DNA from: a virus
Lineage: Duplodnaviria > Caudoviricetes
Strand: one strand, 5' to 3'
DNA length: 54,432 nucleotides
Virus record (IMG/VR): IMGVR_UViG_3300027777_000047
Span: 1 to 54,432 of that record
Of this stretch, positions 35,187 through 43,207 are shown one piece after another. Each line of letters begins with the position of its first letter. Positions within the stretch are counted from its first letter, which is position 1. A program made the translations under genes and the position numbers. Under the pieces are notes generated by a model. It saw nothing but the letters and a program-made list of their open reading frames with translations. It searched no databases and was not told the DNA's origin.

Positions 35187-35427
35187 CGATACCCAAGTGG
35201 CCGGTACCCACTATCACACCAAGGGCGCTGCTCTACAGCACTGGGACCTTGTAGCCATGTTTGAGTGGGACTATTTTCAAGGCCAAATTACCAAATACTT
35301 AATGCGTTGGAAGTACAAGCACAAAACCCCGGACGCTAGACTGGAAGACTTACGCAAGGCCCGCCACTTTTTAGACAAGTACATTGAGCTTGAGCAGGCG
35401 AAAGCCGAGCAATGCAGCACGCTATAA
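35176..35427 (+). CDS. DUF3310 (T7 gp1.7 nucleotide kinase-like) protein
   Basis: QVAGTHY...QHWD...YFQGQITKYLMRW...EDLRKARHFL; AGGAG RBS. Confidence 0.85.
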   Translation: MSANDTQVAGTHYHTKGAALQHWDLVAMFEWDYFQGQITKYLMRWKYKHKTPDARLEDLRKARHFLDKYIELEQAKAEQCSTL

Positions 35428-35428
35428 T
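35416..35428 (+). promoter_or_regulatory. Promoter element AGCACGCTATAAT (partial copy)
   Basis: Right part of the conserved motif; it includes the DUF3310 stop codon. Confidence 0.6.
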
Positions 35429-35447
35429 TAACCATACCCCCGTACCT

Positions 35448-35666
35448 ATGATGCAACCCCTACCTATTAAGACCAAATCTAGCCTAGACATACCTAAGTT
35501 GCTTAGTATGCTAGAGGCCGACCCCCGCCCGCAACTATTCGCGGCAAATGCGGGGGTGCCTGCCACCGTGCGCAACTGGATGCTACGCCACCACTACCCC
35601 AAACGCCTGAGCGCTATTACTTTGGCGGGCGGCTTTGCCCTGTCACTTAAAGGAGACACCACATGA
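35448..35666 (+). CDS. Hypothetical protein (about 72 aa)
   Basis: ATG downstream of the promoter motif; ATGA-coupled to the next gene. Confidence 0.55.
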   Translation: MMQPLPIKTKSSLDIPKLLSMLEADPRPQLFAANAGVPATVRNWMLRHHYPKRLSAITLAGGFALSLKGDTT

Positions 35667-35827
35667 CTAAAGACCGTTACCCCCGCACACTTAACGAGGC
35701 TTTTGGCCCTTACAACGACCGTTGGTACAGTGTTAACCCCCACGATTGGCAAGACCTGTTAGTTGGCGTGTGTAGTTTGGTTGCAGGTGTTGTGCTTGTG
35801 GGCCTAGTACTCTGGGGCGTTGTATGA
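35663..35827 (+). CDS. Small membrane protein (54 aa)
   Basis: Manually translated MTKDRYPRTLNEAFGPY...LLVGVCSLVAGVVLVGLVLWGVV; AAGGAG RBS. Confidence 0.7.
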   Translation: MTKDRYPRTLNEAFGPYNDRWYSVNPHDWQDLLVGVCSLVAGVVLVGLVLWGVV

Positions 35828-35988
35828 CTTGCAACAACGACTGTGACCAAGGCAGGCGATGCAATTGCGGTCTAAAACAATGTAATCTTTTTTTAGACGT
35901 CATGGAAGGGTTTGTCACCCTGTCCGCACTTGTCGGCATCGTTGCCAGCATTTGCTTTGCATTTGGCTTTTACTGGTATCGCACATGA
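35824..35988 (+). CDS. Small Cys-rich membrane protein (54 aa)
   Basis: Manually translated MTCNNDCDQGRRCNC... followed by one TM segment; ATGA coupling on both sides. Confidence 0.65.
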   Translation: MTCNNDCDQGRRCNCGLKQCNLFLDVMEGFVTLSALVGIVASICFAFGFYWYRT

Positions 35989-36230
35989 AAGCACAATGGC
36001 CCGAACGCATTCGCGCAATCCTGCGTGACGAAGAAGACGGCTGCACCATAGCAGAGCTTGCTGATCGCTTGAGTGCGCCAAAAGCGTCTATTGCATCCGC
36101 CGTAACTCGGATGCCTGACACCTACATAGACAGTTGGACTGAAGCAGGCCAAGGCCGACCCTATGAGGCTATCTGGTGCGTAGTTGTTACGCCTGAGAAC
36201 TGCCCCCAACCTACAAGGAGAATTAAATGA
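35985..36230 (+). CDS. Winged HTH-like protein (81 aa)
   Basis: IRAILRDEEDGCTIAELADRL...MPDTYIDSW. Confidence 0.7.
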   Translation: MKAQWPERIRAILRDEEDGCTIAELADRLSAPKASIASAVTRMPDTYIDSWTEAGQGRPYEAIWCVVVTPENCPQPTRRIK

Positions 36231-36766
36231 AAGAAGCACTGAAGCTGGCGCTTGAATGGGCAGAAGCGCATGGAGAAATTGTTTTTGCTGGTGGCGGTAC
36301 GTCTGCTGTAGCAGGCATGAATGCGTGGGCCGCTGCCCTCAAAGAAGCCCTAGCACAGCCAGCGCAGGAGCCTGTGGCGTTGGATGTGACCATTGAAGGA
36401 GATGCGGCAAAAATTCTGGCTGCTATGTTGGAGCCAATGCTTGACGAACCGACCGCAATTCGCTTGTTGGTCGGAAGTGGTTATTTGGGATACGGACTAT
36501 ATGTTGCAGCCTCCGAGTATCAAGATGAAGGCGCGGTATTTTTGGTCAACACCACCCCACCCGCAGAACAGCCAGCACAGCCAGCGCAAGAGCCGGACGA
36601 GTTAACAATTGCTTACATGAGCGGGTTATATGACGGCAAGAAAAAGCGCCCGTGGATAGGGCTGACGTATGCGCAATTCTTGGAAGCTGCAAGGCTTGCC
36701 GAAACCGGAAATTATCTGGTCGCGTTTCAACGCATCCAACAATGGTTGCAGGAGCTGAACACATGA
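36227..36766 (+). CDS. Nin/Ea-region-type mosaic protein (179 aa)
   Basis: EALKLALE...ALAQPAQEPVA...PWIGLT motifs; AAGGAG RBS. Confidence 0.75.
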   Translation: MKEALKLALEWAEAHGEIVFAGGGTSAVAGMNAWAAALKEALAQPAQEPVALDVTIEGDAAKILAAMLEPMLDEPTAIRLLVGSGYLGYGLYVAASEYQDEGAVFLVNTTPPAEQPAQPAQEPDELTIAYMSGLYDGKKKRPWIGLTYAQFLEAARLAETGNYLVAFQRIQQWLQELNT

Positions 36767-36966
36767 CCGAGCAATACTTAGCAGGCGGCTCAGAGTTTTT
36801 GTACCCAAAAGCAGGCGATCCACGGCCACCAATGACAACTAAAATTCTGCTTTTGACTCAAGGTGGTGTTTGCATACCGGGATTTTGGAATGACCACTGG
36901 TGCTTGGGCTGGTTACCCTTACCTAAGCGGAATACAGCTAAAGAAGACACTAAGCAAGCTGACTAG
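36763..36966 (+). CDS. Small protein (DUF551-like, 67 aa)
   Basis: KILLLTQGGVCIPGFW...GWLPLP; ATGA-coupled. Confidence 0.65.
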   Translation: MTEQYLAGGSEFLYPKAGDPRPPMTTKILLLTQGGVCIPGFWNDHWCLGWLPLPKRNTAKEDTKQAD

Positions 36967-37459
36967 CCGCAGCCTGTACCTGAGCAACCCGGTTGCCCCA
37001 ACCCTTGCCGAATGTACCCCACGTAGGCAGAGTAGCCAGAAACTGCAACCGTTGGTCATTGTACTGGGCAATAAGGTCCTGCACGGGCACTGCGGCCACT
37101 GCTGCAAGGGTAGCGGGGCCAATAGCGCCGTCAGCAGCCACGCCTACGGCCTGCTGTAGCCACTTGGCAGCACGCCCGGGGCCGCTGTTAATGGAGGCGT
37201 CAAACACGGCGTAATCCAACCCAGCGGGTAACTGATCACCAGCAACCCGGTCCCAATACTTGCTCTTGTACAAGGGGGCAACGGCGGCAGGGGTAAGGGC
37301 GCGCATGTCGGCCTCGGATACAGGGTGCCCCACAAAAGCCTCCCACACGGCCTTAGTACAGCCCAAGTTGGTCATGCCTCCGGGGTCTTTTGGATTATTT
37401 ACATAACCCCCCTCTGACTGGAGTACGTGGGCCAAAGCGGCGGCAAAATTGTTTTTCAT
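36950..37459 (-). CDS. Endolysin, glycoside hydrolase family 108 plus PG_binding_3
   Basis: EGGYVNNPKDPGGMTNLG, VFDASINSG, FGKGWGNR. Confidence 0.93.
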   Translation of the reverse strand: MKNNFAAALAHVLQSEGGYVNNPKDPGGMTNLGCTKAVWEAFVGHPVSEADMRALTPAAVAPLYKSKYWDRVAGDQLPAGLDYAVFDASINSGPGRAAKWLQQAVGVAADGAIGPATLAAVAAVPVQDLIAQYNDQRLQFLATLPTWGTFGKGWGNRVAQVQAAASQLA

Positions 37460-37953
37460 TTCAGCAGCTCCTTGCTCATGGTTTCAGTCTTGTCCTTGCT
37501 GGATTTACTGGAGCCGTAGAAAAAGCTGATGATCGTCGCCACGGCAGTGCCCAATAAGAAGCCAAGGATAATGTTGCCGAAGTCTTTGCCACTGGCGGGC
37601 ACCGTGCCGAAGGTAATGGCGAAGAAGTAAGACATTGAGCCTACGCTCCAGAACCAAGCGAACCAATAAATAAAATGCTTGGCAAACAAATCCTCTTGCT
37701 GTAGGGCCACTTCCTGCATGTGCCGTGCGGAGTCGCGGTCGGCGTTCTCCAGCTCGAACTGGCGTAGGTCTAATTCAGCTAGTTTGGATGCCGCTTCCGG
37801 GTCGCCTGCGATGGCCTTAGCCACGGCCTCCACAGTATCTTCAACGCCAAATTTGCTAGCAATAGCAGACACAGCAAGCCCCCCGAGAGGGCCGCCAACG
37901 GCGGTAGCAACAGCGGGTGCGATGCCCTTGAGTAAATTAAGTAGAGTTTCCAT
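37456..37953 (-). CDS. Holin-like membrane protein
   Basis: APAVATAVGGPLGGLA...DRDSARHMQ...TM segments...FFYGSS; adjacent to the endolysin. Confidence 0.75.
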   Translation of the reverse strand: METLLNLLKGIAPAVATAVGGPLGGLAVSAIASKFGVEDTVEAVAKAIAGDPEAASKLAELDLRQFELENADRDSARHMQEVALQQEDLFAKHFIYWFAWFWSVGSMSYFFAITFGTVPASGKDFGNIILGFLLGTAVATIISFFYGSSKSSKDKTETMSKELLK

Positions 37954-37954
37954 A

Positions 37955-38425
37955 TCATTTCCCCATAAATGCCACATATTGCGCGGTGCCCCACGCGACT
38001 AAGGTAAGCAAGGCTGCGATGGCAGCAATGAGAAGCACCAGCTCAATGACTTCCTCAATCTCCTTCTTGCGCTTTGCTTTGGCCTTGTCGGCCTCAACCT
38101 CGTCTTTTTTATTTTGCGCCACAATGCGATTGCGCTCCCGCAGGAAGTCCATCCAGAGATTGGTTTTGCCCCTGCGCATGAAGGAGTTTTTGATCTCTTC
38201 CTCAACCTGCTGCATCTCTTCGGCAAGCTGGATAAACTGCATGGCCTGCGAATTTACCGACTGAAATGGGTTCTTAGTCGGGCTGGCCTTCTCTTTCATC
38301 ACCGCATCTTTGGCATCAAAGAATTGGTGAAACAATTCCGAGGCATCTTTGCCAAGGGCAATGGCCTGTTTCACGCCCGCTATGGTTGCTCGGGCCGTGG
38401 CGATGAGCGTGATGGGGTCGATCAT
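37955..38425 (-). CDS. Membrane-anchored coiled-coil protein (156 aa), lysis module
   Basis: MIDPIT... with a C-terminal TM helix. Confidence 0.7.
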   Translation of the reverse strand: MIDPITLIATARATIAGVKQAIALGKDASELFHQFFDAKDAVMKEKASPTKNPFQSVNSQAMQFIQLAEEMQQVEEEIKNSFMRRGKTNLWMDFLRERNRIVAQNKKDEVEADKAKAKRKKEIEEVIELVLLIAAIAALLTLVAWGTAQYVAFMGK

Positions 38426-38661
38426 TTGTCTTGTTTGTTATCTAACTTGTCAAAGATTTTATCAAGCATAGCTTTGACATCACGCATGTCTTCACGATAG
38501 TCATCACGACCTACGTAAGTTTTTGGTAAGTCTTCTCGCATCTTAGACAAGTCAGCTTTGAGTTCTTTAACTGCTGCCCATAGTTCTCTAGCAAACCACC
38601 CAACAACAGACATAGCAACACCAAGGATTACATTAAGAAGTTGTTGGTATTCCATATCCAT
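38422..38661 (-). CDS. Small membrane protein, holin/antiholin-like (79 aa)
   Basis: N-terminal TM helix plus coiled coil (LPKTYV..DDY...KIFDKLDNKQDK). Confidence 0.7.
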   Translation of the reverse strand: MDMEYQQLLNVILGVAMSVVGWFARELWAAVKELKADLSKMREDLPKTYVGRDDYREDMRDVKAMLDKIFDKLDNKQDK

Positions 38662-38664
38662 ATT

Positions 38665-38865
38665 CTACTTGTCAGCCAGTGCAGTAGTGGTCAGTTCACG
38701 CAGCACCAGCATCAGCACAGGCCACAGCATAATGATGTATGCCCGATAAGGTGCAGGCACAAATTGCCCAAGGAAGCCGCTATTAGCCTCAATGACAGTC
38801 AGCAGCGCACCAACCAAGGCTACCCAGTAGGTTTTGGACTTGAAGCGCTGAATGATGGCATTCAT
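38665..38865 (-). CDS. Small two-TM holin-like protein (66 aa)
   Basis: KSKTYW...LMLVLRELTT. Confidence 0.65.
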   Translation of the reverse strand: MNAIIQRFKSKTYWVALVGALLTVIEANSGFLGQFVPAPYRAYIIMLWPVLMLVLRELTTTALADK

Positions 38866-39209
38866 GCTGTCACCCAAGGCAAAGCAGGTTCAGCAGCAGC
38901 TTGTGCCAACTGACGAGCAATCTGTCCAGCCACCTGGGCTTCACCTTCGTCCTTGATTAGACTGGTAGATGACTGCTCAACGCCATCCATGTCTGTCCAA
39001 GTAGTGACAACAGGCTCAAAGCACCAAGCAAGCACTTGCTCCTCAGTAAGCTGGTCGTAAGGGATAAACAAATCCCCACGGGCAAGAGTGCAAGTGTATG
39101 CAGCCGATGCTGTGCTGTCTCCATCGGTAGCGGTGACTGTCAGGTCAACCTTGACAACCAAATTGTCTTCAGCGACTGTGACTTTGTTAATTGACCATTT
39201 AAATTCCAT
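38862..39209 (-). CDS. Tail-fibre-associated / chaperone-like protein (115 aa)
   Basis: FIPYDQLTEEQVLAW...LPW motif; directly after a tailspike gene. Confidence 0.7.
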   Translation of the reverse strand: MEFKWSINKVTVAEDNLVVKVDLTVTATDGDSTASAAYTCTLARGDLFIPYDQLTEEQVLAWCFEPVVTTWTDMDGVEQSSTSLIKDEGEAQVAGQIARQLAQAAAEPALPWVTA

Positions 39210-39223
39210 GATTTTTCCTTAAA

Positions 39224-40903
39224 TTAATTAGTGCTTTGTTTCCAATCAGCAGCAGTCAATCCTGTGCTCATCCAAAACAATTTACCAGTTGTATCAAAAT
39301 ATTCTCTACCAATAAATCTAGGGATAACTGCACCTACTGGCGAACCAGTCCCAGTAATCAATGGAAAATCTTGCGCTACAACTTCCCAGCCAGTACTGAC
39401 AGATTTGAGCGATATTGAATCTCCGGGAATTAGTACCAAACTGGCGCTTGCTGCAAGTCCTTGAAAAAAAATGGTGTCCCCAGCAAAAGGAACAAGCGTC
39501 ATAGTGGACGATGTGGCAACAAAACTAAGCACAAAATCTGGAATCCAAGCTGCGGCAACGTCAGACAGCGTAAAGTTTCCAGCGGTTGTTGTGGTTAACA
39601 AATCGCCTGTCCAACGAATATCATTTGGCGTAGTTCCATTAAACACAACAAGTTCTGGATTGTTTTGAACAAAGCGTGTTTGGGTAATTCCGTTCGTTGC
39701 TGCTGAAATAATTACATAAGGCACATTTGTATACCCAGTAACTTGTGCGTCTTGAACAGTCACATTTTTAATAGGATAGCTAACAGCAGTTTGCATATAG
39801 ATGCCGTTATTCATCTTTGCTATCGCTCTTGTATCTTCAATCAATAACCCATCAATCTTGATGTTTTGTGTCGTGCTTGCAGGCCAGCCGCCCCCTGCAT
39901 TGTAAACTGTCGTTAAAAATACGCCGCATGTTTCATTTGGGTCTACTGCGGCTATGTTGCTGCCAGGATTTAAAATTGTACACTTAGTGATATTTATATC
40001 TGGGTAATTTGCAGTCAAACGCAAAAAACCTATACCGCTGTAACCCGAATCAATTGCCGTAAAGTTGGTTACGTTAATCGAACCATAGACCTTATAACTA
40101 ATTGGCCCATTAACAAATCTTATGCCAAAATTTCCAAAAATTTTAGCATCTTGGCGACTTGTGCAATTAATAATATTAATGCTTGTATTTACTTTTGCAG
40201 TGGCGCCATACAATCCCATTACAATTGAAATACCATCGGATTGATTGTTAAATGTAGAAACTCCATTAAGATTTACATTCCACAAAAAATCTGCTGAACT
40301 ATTTGGTTCAATGTCTATTCCAGCCTGTGGGGCAGTGCCAATAGTATTTCTATATTCACCGCCGTTAATCCAGCAATTTTTTACCGACACAATACTAAGG
40401 CCATTACGCCTTGCATTGTCAGAAATACAATTGTTTAGAGTTACGTTGTAAGAAGGGGTAGTGTTGTTGTAAGAACCAATATAAAAACCATCACCGCCTG
40501 TATCTTTTACAATTAAATTTTCAATTGTTACGTTGACACCTGTTGCAATAAAAACACCGTGACGCTGCTCTCCAGTTGTGTAATCAGCTTTAATCATTTG
40601 CACTTGGGCAAAATTTCCATGAATTACTACGTTTGATACGTTAGAAATGTTTAACAATCTATCGTTTGCACCATAACCTGTTTTAGCTTTTAAAATTGTG
40701 TTTGGGTTAAGTATTAAAGTTGTGTTTGATAAAACCGTTAATGGAGTAACCGTAAAAGTACCTGCTGGAAAAACAATTGTTCCTGCGTTATTGAGCGCGG
40801 CTTGTACTGTTACAGTGTCATCCGAAGTTCCAAACGCGCCGCAATCACCAACATTGGTTGGCGCGTTGGAAATCATTGAATAAGTAACTTTTGTTAGAGA
40901 CAT
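39224..40903 (-). CDS. Tailspike / depolymerase, right-handed beta-helix (pectin lyase-like)
   Basis: MSLTKVTYSMI, DDTVTVQAAL, GGDGFYI, NARRNGLSI, PQAGIDIEPN. Confidence 0.85.
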   Translation of the reverse strand: MSLTKVTYSMISNAPTNVGDCGAFGTSDDTVTVQAALNNAGTIVFPAGTFTVTPLTVLSNTTLILNPNTILKAKTGYGANDRLLNISNVSNVVIHGNFAQVQMIKADYTTGEQRHGVFIATGVNVTIENLIVKDTGGDGFYIGSYNNTTPSYNVTLNNCISDNARRNGLSIVSVKNCWINGGEYRNTIGTAPQAGIDIEPNSSADFLWNVNLNGVSTFNNQSDGISIVMGLYGATAKVNTSINIINCTSRQDAKIFGNFGIRFVNGPISYKVYGSINVTNFTAIDSGYSGIGFLRLTANYPDINITKCTILNPGSNIAAVDPNETCGVFLTTVYNAGGGWPASTTQNIKIDGLLIEDTRAIAKMNNGIYMQTAVSYPIKNVTVQDAQVTGYTNVPYVIISAATNGITQTRFVQNNPELVVFNGTTPNDIRWTGDLLTTTTAGNFTLSDVAAAWIPDFVLSFVATSSTMTLVPFAGDTIFFQGLAASASLVLIPGDSISLKSVSTGWEVVAQDFPLITGTGSPVGAVIPRFIGREYFDTTGKLFWMSTGLTAADWKQSTN

Positions 40904-40921
40904 ATCAAATTCTTTAAATGT

Positions 40922-41746
40922 TTAACTTGCGGTGTATGTCATTGTCATGATTAGATCGCCAGATGCTTCCACTGATATTGTCGATGCAGTTCCCGCTGCG
41001 TATTTATAAAGCTGCACCTTAGTAACAGAACCAGCAACATATCCCATGACGTAAGTAATATCACCTACCGCCAAAGATATAGGCATTATTTGAGCTACTT
41101 GATTTGTTATGCCAGTCGTTGTGAATGGAAGACCTGATATTTGCATAACACCAGTTCCATTCGCAGCACTCCATGTCAATCTACATGTAACAGTTACTTG
41201 TCTTCCGACCTTAGTGTATGCGCCAGTTTGTGTTGCATATGATGCTGTTCCTGCGGTTGTTCCACCTGTAATGGTGGGAGTCCAAGTACCTTCCTCATAC
41301 CAGTTCAGCAACTGACTCGTCATTCCTGCTGCTGGAGTGTTGGCGGTAAAGTTGATGCCCTTGGCTGCTATTTTTGGGGATAAATTTCCAGCTACAGAAA
41401 ACACAAACGTATCTGTTGTTGTTGATCGGATATGTAAATCTGTGTTTAGGTTGCCAATGTAGTTTTCATCTGCGAGGGTTCCACTAGTACCATCACCAAC
41501 AAATAGCCGCATCCTGCCATTTGTTGTTCCAGCTTTATCTATGAGAAGTGGCGCATTTGCATCTATCCCGCCCGTTAAACGAGAGACACCATTAGTAGTT
41601 ATAGATATTGCGCTAACTGCTCGACCAGCAGTCAAATCGGCAACGGTAACTTGTTTTGTTGCGCTGCTTTGAACAATCGGCAGTACTTCAGTACCGCCAA
41701 GGGGGACTGTTGATGCCGGTAGTGCGGAGATTTTAGAATCAGCCAT
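40922..41746 (-). CDS. Tail fibre / accessory receptor-binding protein (274 aa)
   Basis: MADSKISALP...; YEEGTWTP...YTKVGRQV...ISGLPF C-terminal domain. Confidence 0.8.
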   Translation of the reverse strand: MADSKISALPASTVPLGGTEVLPIVQSSATKQVTVADLTAGRAVSAISITTNGVSRLTGGIDANAPLLIDKAGTTNGRMRLFVGDGTSGTLADENYIGNLNTDLHIRSTTTDTFVFSVAGNLSPKIAAKGINFTANTPAAGMTSQLLNWYEEGTWTPTITGGTTAGTASYATQTGAYTKVGRQVTVTCRLTWSAANGTGVMQISGLPFTTTGITNQVAQIMPISLAVGDITYVMGYVAGSVTKVQLYKYAAGTASTISVEASGDLIMTMTYTAS

Positions 41747-41754
41747 GATTATTC

Positions 41755-43197
41755 CTAAAGGGTAATAAAGTTAATTGAAACATTTATTTCTTTGCCGGAC
41801 ATATTTGCGTTGGTTAATGCAACTTCACCGGCAGTAAAAAGAAAAAGGCTAAACGAATTTGCATACCCGTAAATGTCACCAACATATGTAGATACAACGG
41901 GAAATGCCATTGTCGTGCATTCGTATGGAAGACTTACCTGAACAGCAGCACCGTTTGCTGTTACGGGCCATGTAATTCGACCTGTGCAAGTAAGAACTTT
42001 TCCAATTCTTACGTATTTGCAATTTAGCAAAGTTAAACTTAATGCTGCGCCAGATGTATCTGCTGGAACCCAAGCTGCTTCTTTGTATTTGTCTAGTTGA
42101 GAATCAGATGTATTAAATTGAAGACTTCTGGCATAAATTCTACCGCCTGTTATATACGATGAAAAATTAACTTCTGGATTTAATACCGGCCCATTGACAA
42201 AAGGGCCAATGTAATTAATATGTTTAAGATTTGCGCCAATGTTCCAATTTCCAGCAGTATTTCCTTCTACATCGGAAACAATAAAATTACTGTATATACC
42301 AGAAGCAGCCATGCCAATTAATGAAACGCCATAGCCGGTATTATTTTCAGACCATAATCCACTAAATGTGTTGTACATTGCGTTTTCAATGTGCAAACCA
42401 TTAGACGCATTGCCTTGTACAGTTAACCCGTTGGCTAATCCACCATTTGCATTCGGTGCAGTGGGATTAATTTGGTCATAAAGATAGACACCATGAACAC
42501 CGTTGTACATGGATGTAACAGAATTCATTTGCCATCCGTTGGCATTTGAATAGCTTTCAGTTGATTTAGGGCCAATTCTAATTCCACTACCGCCCATTTT
42601 TGCAACACTTACGTTCTGCAAAATTGCACGTTGACCAGATGGAATATAAATACCATCACCAGTATTTCCTGTTTGCCCAGAAACTGCAATATTGGCAATT
42701 AACAAATTAAGTACATTTGCGCATTTAATAGCCTCTGTGGTCATTGTTGATTTTTTTAGAATTACAGAGCCACCTTCATAAACAAAAGAAACGCCATTCC
42801 AAAAAGCAAGTCCATTAGTTCCTTGCAAAGTGATTCCATTTATTGCAACATTAATTGTTGATGAAATTAAATAAGTACCACTTGGAAACTGAACAGCGCC
42901 ACCATAAGTTAGTGAATTAATTGCAGCTTGAATTGCCGCCGTATCATCAGCAACCCCATTACCTACAGCCCCAAAATCTAACACACTCACAGACTCGCGC
43001 AGCTTAGTCTGCACCGTAGTTGCTACGGCTCCTGTGCCTGCTGGCAGATAGCCAACTAGACTGGTTCCAGTAGGAGCAGCAATGCTGGCAGCAAGATTGG
43101 ATGCTGACTCTGGAATGGCTCCTTGGACAGTGGTAGACGTAATTCCGCTTACCGGTGCAAAGCTAACCATCGTCGAAAGAACTTTAGTTAAGGACAT
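41755..43197 (-). CDS. Tailspike, Pectate_lyase_3-type beta-helix
   Basis: GTGAVATTVQTKLRESVSVLDFGAVGNGVADDTAAIQAAI...FPSGTYLI. Confidence 0.88.
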   Translation of the reverse strand: MSLTKVLSTMVSFAPVSGITSTTVQGAIPESASNLAASIAAPTGTSLVGYLPAGTGAVATTVQTKLRESVSVLDFGAVGNGVADDTAAIQAAINSLTYGGAVQFPSGTYLISSTINVAINGITLQGTNGLAFWNGVSFVYEGGSVILKKSTMTTEAIKCANVLNLLIANIAVSGQTGNTGDGIYIPSGQRAILQNVSVAKMGGSGIRIGPKSTESYSNANGWQMNSVTSMYNGVHGVYLYDQINPTAPNANGGLANGLTVQGNASNGLHIENAMYNTFSGLWSENNTGYGVSLIGMAASGIYSNFIVSDVEGNTAGNWNIGANLKHINYIGPFVNGPVLNPEVNFSSYITGGRIYARSLQFNTSDSQLDKYKEAAWVPADTSGAALSLTLLNCKYVRIGKVLTCTGRITWPVTANGAAVQVSLPYECTTMAFPVVSTYVGDIYGYANSFSLFLFTAGEVALTNANMSGKEINVSINFITL

Positions 43198-43207
43198 GTA
43201 TTAGCCT

